DNA from: a virus
Lineage: Duplodnaviria; Caudoviricetes
IMG/VR virus record: IMGVR_UViG_3300048851_000193
Span: 1 to 24,590 of that record
Reading direction: 5' to 3' (one strand)
DNA: 24,590 bases
Shown here: in pieces, positions 22,380 through 24,590 of the stretch
Numbering within the stretch: position 1 is the first letter of the stretch
How the letters are laid out: every line of letters begins with the position of its first letter
Notes under the pieces: generated by a model
What the model saw: the letters and a program-made list of their open reading frames with translations, nothing else
What the model was told of the DNA's origin: nothing
Database searches by the model: none
Position numbers and translations under genes: made by a program

Positions 22380-24590
22380 TTATGGAGCCGTGAGCAAAGG
22401 CATGCGAAGATTGGCGAGGTTGAACAGGTTAGTTCCACCCGCTGCGGCATCATTGGCAATCCACGTCAATTTTGCATTGCTGTACTGGATCACGATGGGA
22501 GAGGTGGCGAAGCGAGTAGGCTGCGCACCCATAATGGCAGGAAGGAGGGTGCTGACTTCTGCCGGGATCGCGCAGATGTCGGTGGTCACGCTCGGAGTGC
22601 TGTTGAGGACAGTCCCTCGAAACTCCAGCACGCCATCTTTTACGCGATAGGCCGGAGCGATGTTACCATAGGACTGGACGCCTGCTGAAAGCGTCAGGGA
22701 GCGCCATCCGGCATCGTTGATGAAGCGCAGGCCGTGGAGCACGAACGCCCCCGGATCGGCTCCCACGGACACCGTATGCCAGCCTTTGCCGGTCACGATC
22801 AGCGGACTGCCAGTAGAGGCTTCGTGGATGAACTGGCGAGCTTCCGTAACCGCAATCGCACGCTGGCCGGGGAAGAGGTCACGCGTGCCGAGCGGCTTGG
22901 TTTCATCAAGCGTCAAGCGCGGTGCAGGCGTGAGCGTACCGAAATCGACGTTGATGTTGAAAGTGGTGTTGGCGTTCGCTGCCCCGATGGGGAGCACTGC
23001 CTTCTGATCTTCATCGAGGCGAAACGAGTAGTAGATGCGCCCCGTCTCTCCGCTCAGCACAAGATCGAGCGCAGATGTGTTGCTATCGCTGAATGGACGG
23101 CCACGAGAGTTCGTGTTCGGAACGTTCGTCACTTCTGCGCCGCCGAACCCTTCAATAGATTCCGACAGAACACTGGCTGTCAGGGATCGCTCGCCGACAA
23201 TGACTTCCGGGTTATGCCACCCGCGTCCGACCAGCGGGGCAATGGCGCGCGCCGCCATGATGTTCGCGCCGATGGGATTTGGGTGGATGCCGTCCGTGGT
23301 CACGTCTCCGTTCGCGTATTGCCCAAGGATGTCCGCACCATCGAGCACAAGAAGATCGAACTCAGCCGCAAGCGCGTGCAGCGCGTTGTTGTAGTAAGCC
23401 AGAACCTTGGCGGCAGCGCGATTGGTGCCGTCATAGCCGAGAAGGCTCACGTGGGGCGCAGGCGTCATGATGATCGGCACAGAGCCGCGCAGGATTTCTC
23501 GATAGATGTACTTCCGGTACGCGCCCGTAAAGCGGATGAAGGCGTAGCTGCCGCCATATCCATCATCGGTCTTGAAGAGCCCGGTCTGATCGGTGCCATT
23601 GCTGGTGGCGAACAACTGATCGTTTGTGCCAAGCGCGATGTAGGAAATCGTCTGGCCTACCGGGAAGCGAGAACGTCGGTAGGACGTACCTACGCGGTCG
23701 CCGGAGTAGCCGCGATTGATGACCGCGACCTTGTTCACGCCGAACACCTGATCGGCGAACGACTTCATCGTTTCCGGCCATGGTCCCGCCAACTGGTTGA
23801 AGTGGTGGATCGAACCGTCGCCATAGCCGGTGGGCTGATTGAGAGTCTGGTTCGCGCCGGGGAAATCGGGATCGGAGACCTGCCCGAACGTGATGCTATC
23901 GCCGTAGCAGACGACCGTGGCAGCAACGCTCAACGATGCAGCCTGACGAAGGCGGGCGATCACCTGCGCATACTGCTTGGTGTAAAGCTGCTGAACGTAT
24001 CCGGAGACAGAGCCAAGCTGTAGCTCCGCCATGCCGGTGGTGCCGTCCGTCAGGTTGACGACCAGATGAAGTTCGTCGTCATAATCGACTACGCTGCTGT
24101 CGGAACCGGAAGGTGTGAGAGAGCCGTAGAAATCCGGCTGAAGCTCCACCTTCTTGACGATGCTCCAGACAGAGCCGCCATAGATCGCGGTTGAGACCGT
24201 GTCTCCCACGGTGAAGGTGCGTGCCTTCAGGGCTGCGATGGTCGGAATGAGCTTTGCGTCACCAGCGGGACCGGTCGGGCCAACGGGACCGGGGACTCCT
24301 TGTGGACCTGCGACGCCTTCGCCCTTGGGGCCGACCTGACCGACTGCTACCTTGACCCAACGTCCCGGCCCGCCATCAGATGGCGCAAGCACGGTTTCGT
24401 TGTCGTCTTCAACGCTGGACGCGCTGTCCCATCGATAGAAACCGCCCAGACCATCGCCGGGGAAATCACGACCGTGAACAATCGCGGCATAACCCTGCTT
24501 GATCTTCGTGGACTTTACCCCGCGAAGATCATCGAAACTTTCGCCGTTGAAGAATACCGAACCGTAATCGGGAGTGTTGATCTGTACCAT
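22380..24590 (-). CDS. tailspike/fibre with an SGNH (GDSL) esterase domain
   Basis: SGNH blocks GDSITFG, NRGYSG, LGTND, DGIHP; N-terminal ~90 aa paralogous to 20387..22339; collagen-like linker. Confidence 0.85.
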   Translation of the reverse strand: MVQINTPDYGSVFFNGESFDDLRGVKSTKIKQGYAAIVHGRDFPGDGLGGFYRWDSASSVEDDNETVLAPSDGGPGRWVKVAVGQVGPKGEGVAGPQGVPGPVGPTGPAGDAKLIPTIAALKARTFTVGDTVSTAIYGGSVWSIVKKVELQPDFYGSLTPSGSDSSVVDYDDELHLVVNLTDGTTGMAELQLGSVSGYVQQLYTKQYAQVIARLRQAASLSVAATVVCYGDSITFGQVSDPDFPGANQTLNQPTGYGDGSIHHFNQLAGPWPETMKSFADQVFGVNKVAVINRGYSGDRVGTSYRRSRFPVGQTISYIALGTNDQLFATSNGTDQTGLFKTDDGYGGSYAFIRFTGAYRKYIYREILRGSVPIIMTPAPHVSLLGYDGTNRAAAKVLAYYNNALHALAAEFDLLVLDGADILGQYANGDVTTDGIHPNPIGANIMAARAIAPLVGRGWHNPEVIVGERSLTASVLSESIEGFGGAEVTNVPNTNSRGRPFSDSNTSALDLVLSGETGRIYYSFRLDEDQKAVLPIGAANANTTFNINVDFGTLTPAPRLTLDETKPLGTRDLFPGQRAIAVTEARQFIHEASTGSPLIVTGKGWHTVSVGADPGAFVLHGLRFINDAGWRSLTLSAGVQSYGNIAPAYRVKDGVLEFRGTVLNSTPSVTTDICAIPAEVSTLLPAIMGAQPTRFATSPIVIQYSNAKLTWIANDAAAGGTNLFNLANLRMPLLTAP

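Larger units (their letters stand above)
5111..24590 (-). mobile_element. podovirus-type prophage or phage-like element, virion morphogenesis module (boundaries not visible)
   Basis: Co-oriented, apparently intact packaging, head, tail and ejection genes. No att site or integrase is identified, so the element probably extends beyond these coordinates. Confidence 0.9.

Overview
GC-rich DNA, probably alphaproteobacterial (sphingomonad-like, judged from a GAAC-N7-GAAC LexA box and the small-gene content). Positions ~5100-24590 carry a minus-strand podovirus virion module in roughly P22 gene order: two tailspikes, TerS, TerL, portal, scaffold, major capsid protein, head-tail adaptor, tail hub, needle/plug, a GNAT-like protein, three DNA-ejection proteins and two holin-like genes. 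One oppositely oriented moron interrupts it. Positions 1-5100 are accessory: a LexA-boxed three-gene operon, two paralogous small membrane proteins, a Shedu/DUF4263-like nuclease, a doubly frameshifted gene and an AlpA/Xis-like HTH protein. No integrase, repressor, replication gene, sigma factor or endolysin is recognisable in the window. The standout signal is regulatory. Eight copies of (G)ATAAATA, resembling a T4-type late promoter, punctuate the virion module on the coding strand, and seven lie exactly 5 nt before an ATG, implying leaderless late mRNAs. Two or three copies sit in the loop of hairpins that cover or abut the start codon, one drives a 7-codon minigene coupled to the next gene, and the single exception heads a structured leader for scaffold and capsid. 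Product calls come from motifs and synteny read by eye, not from database searches.
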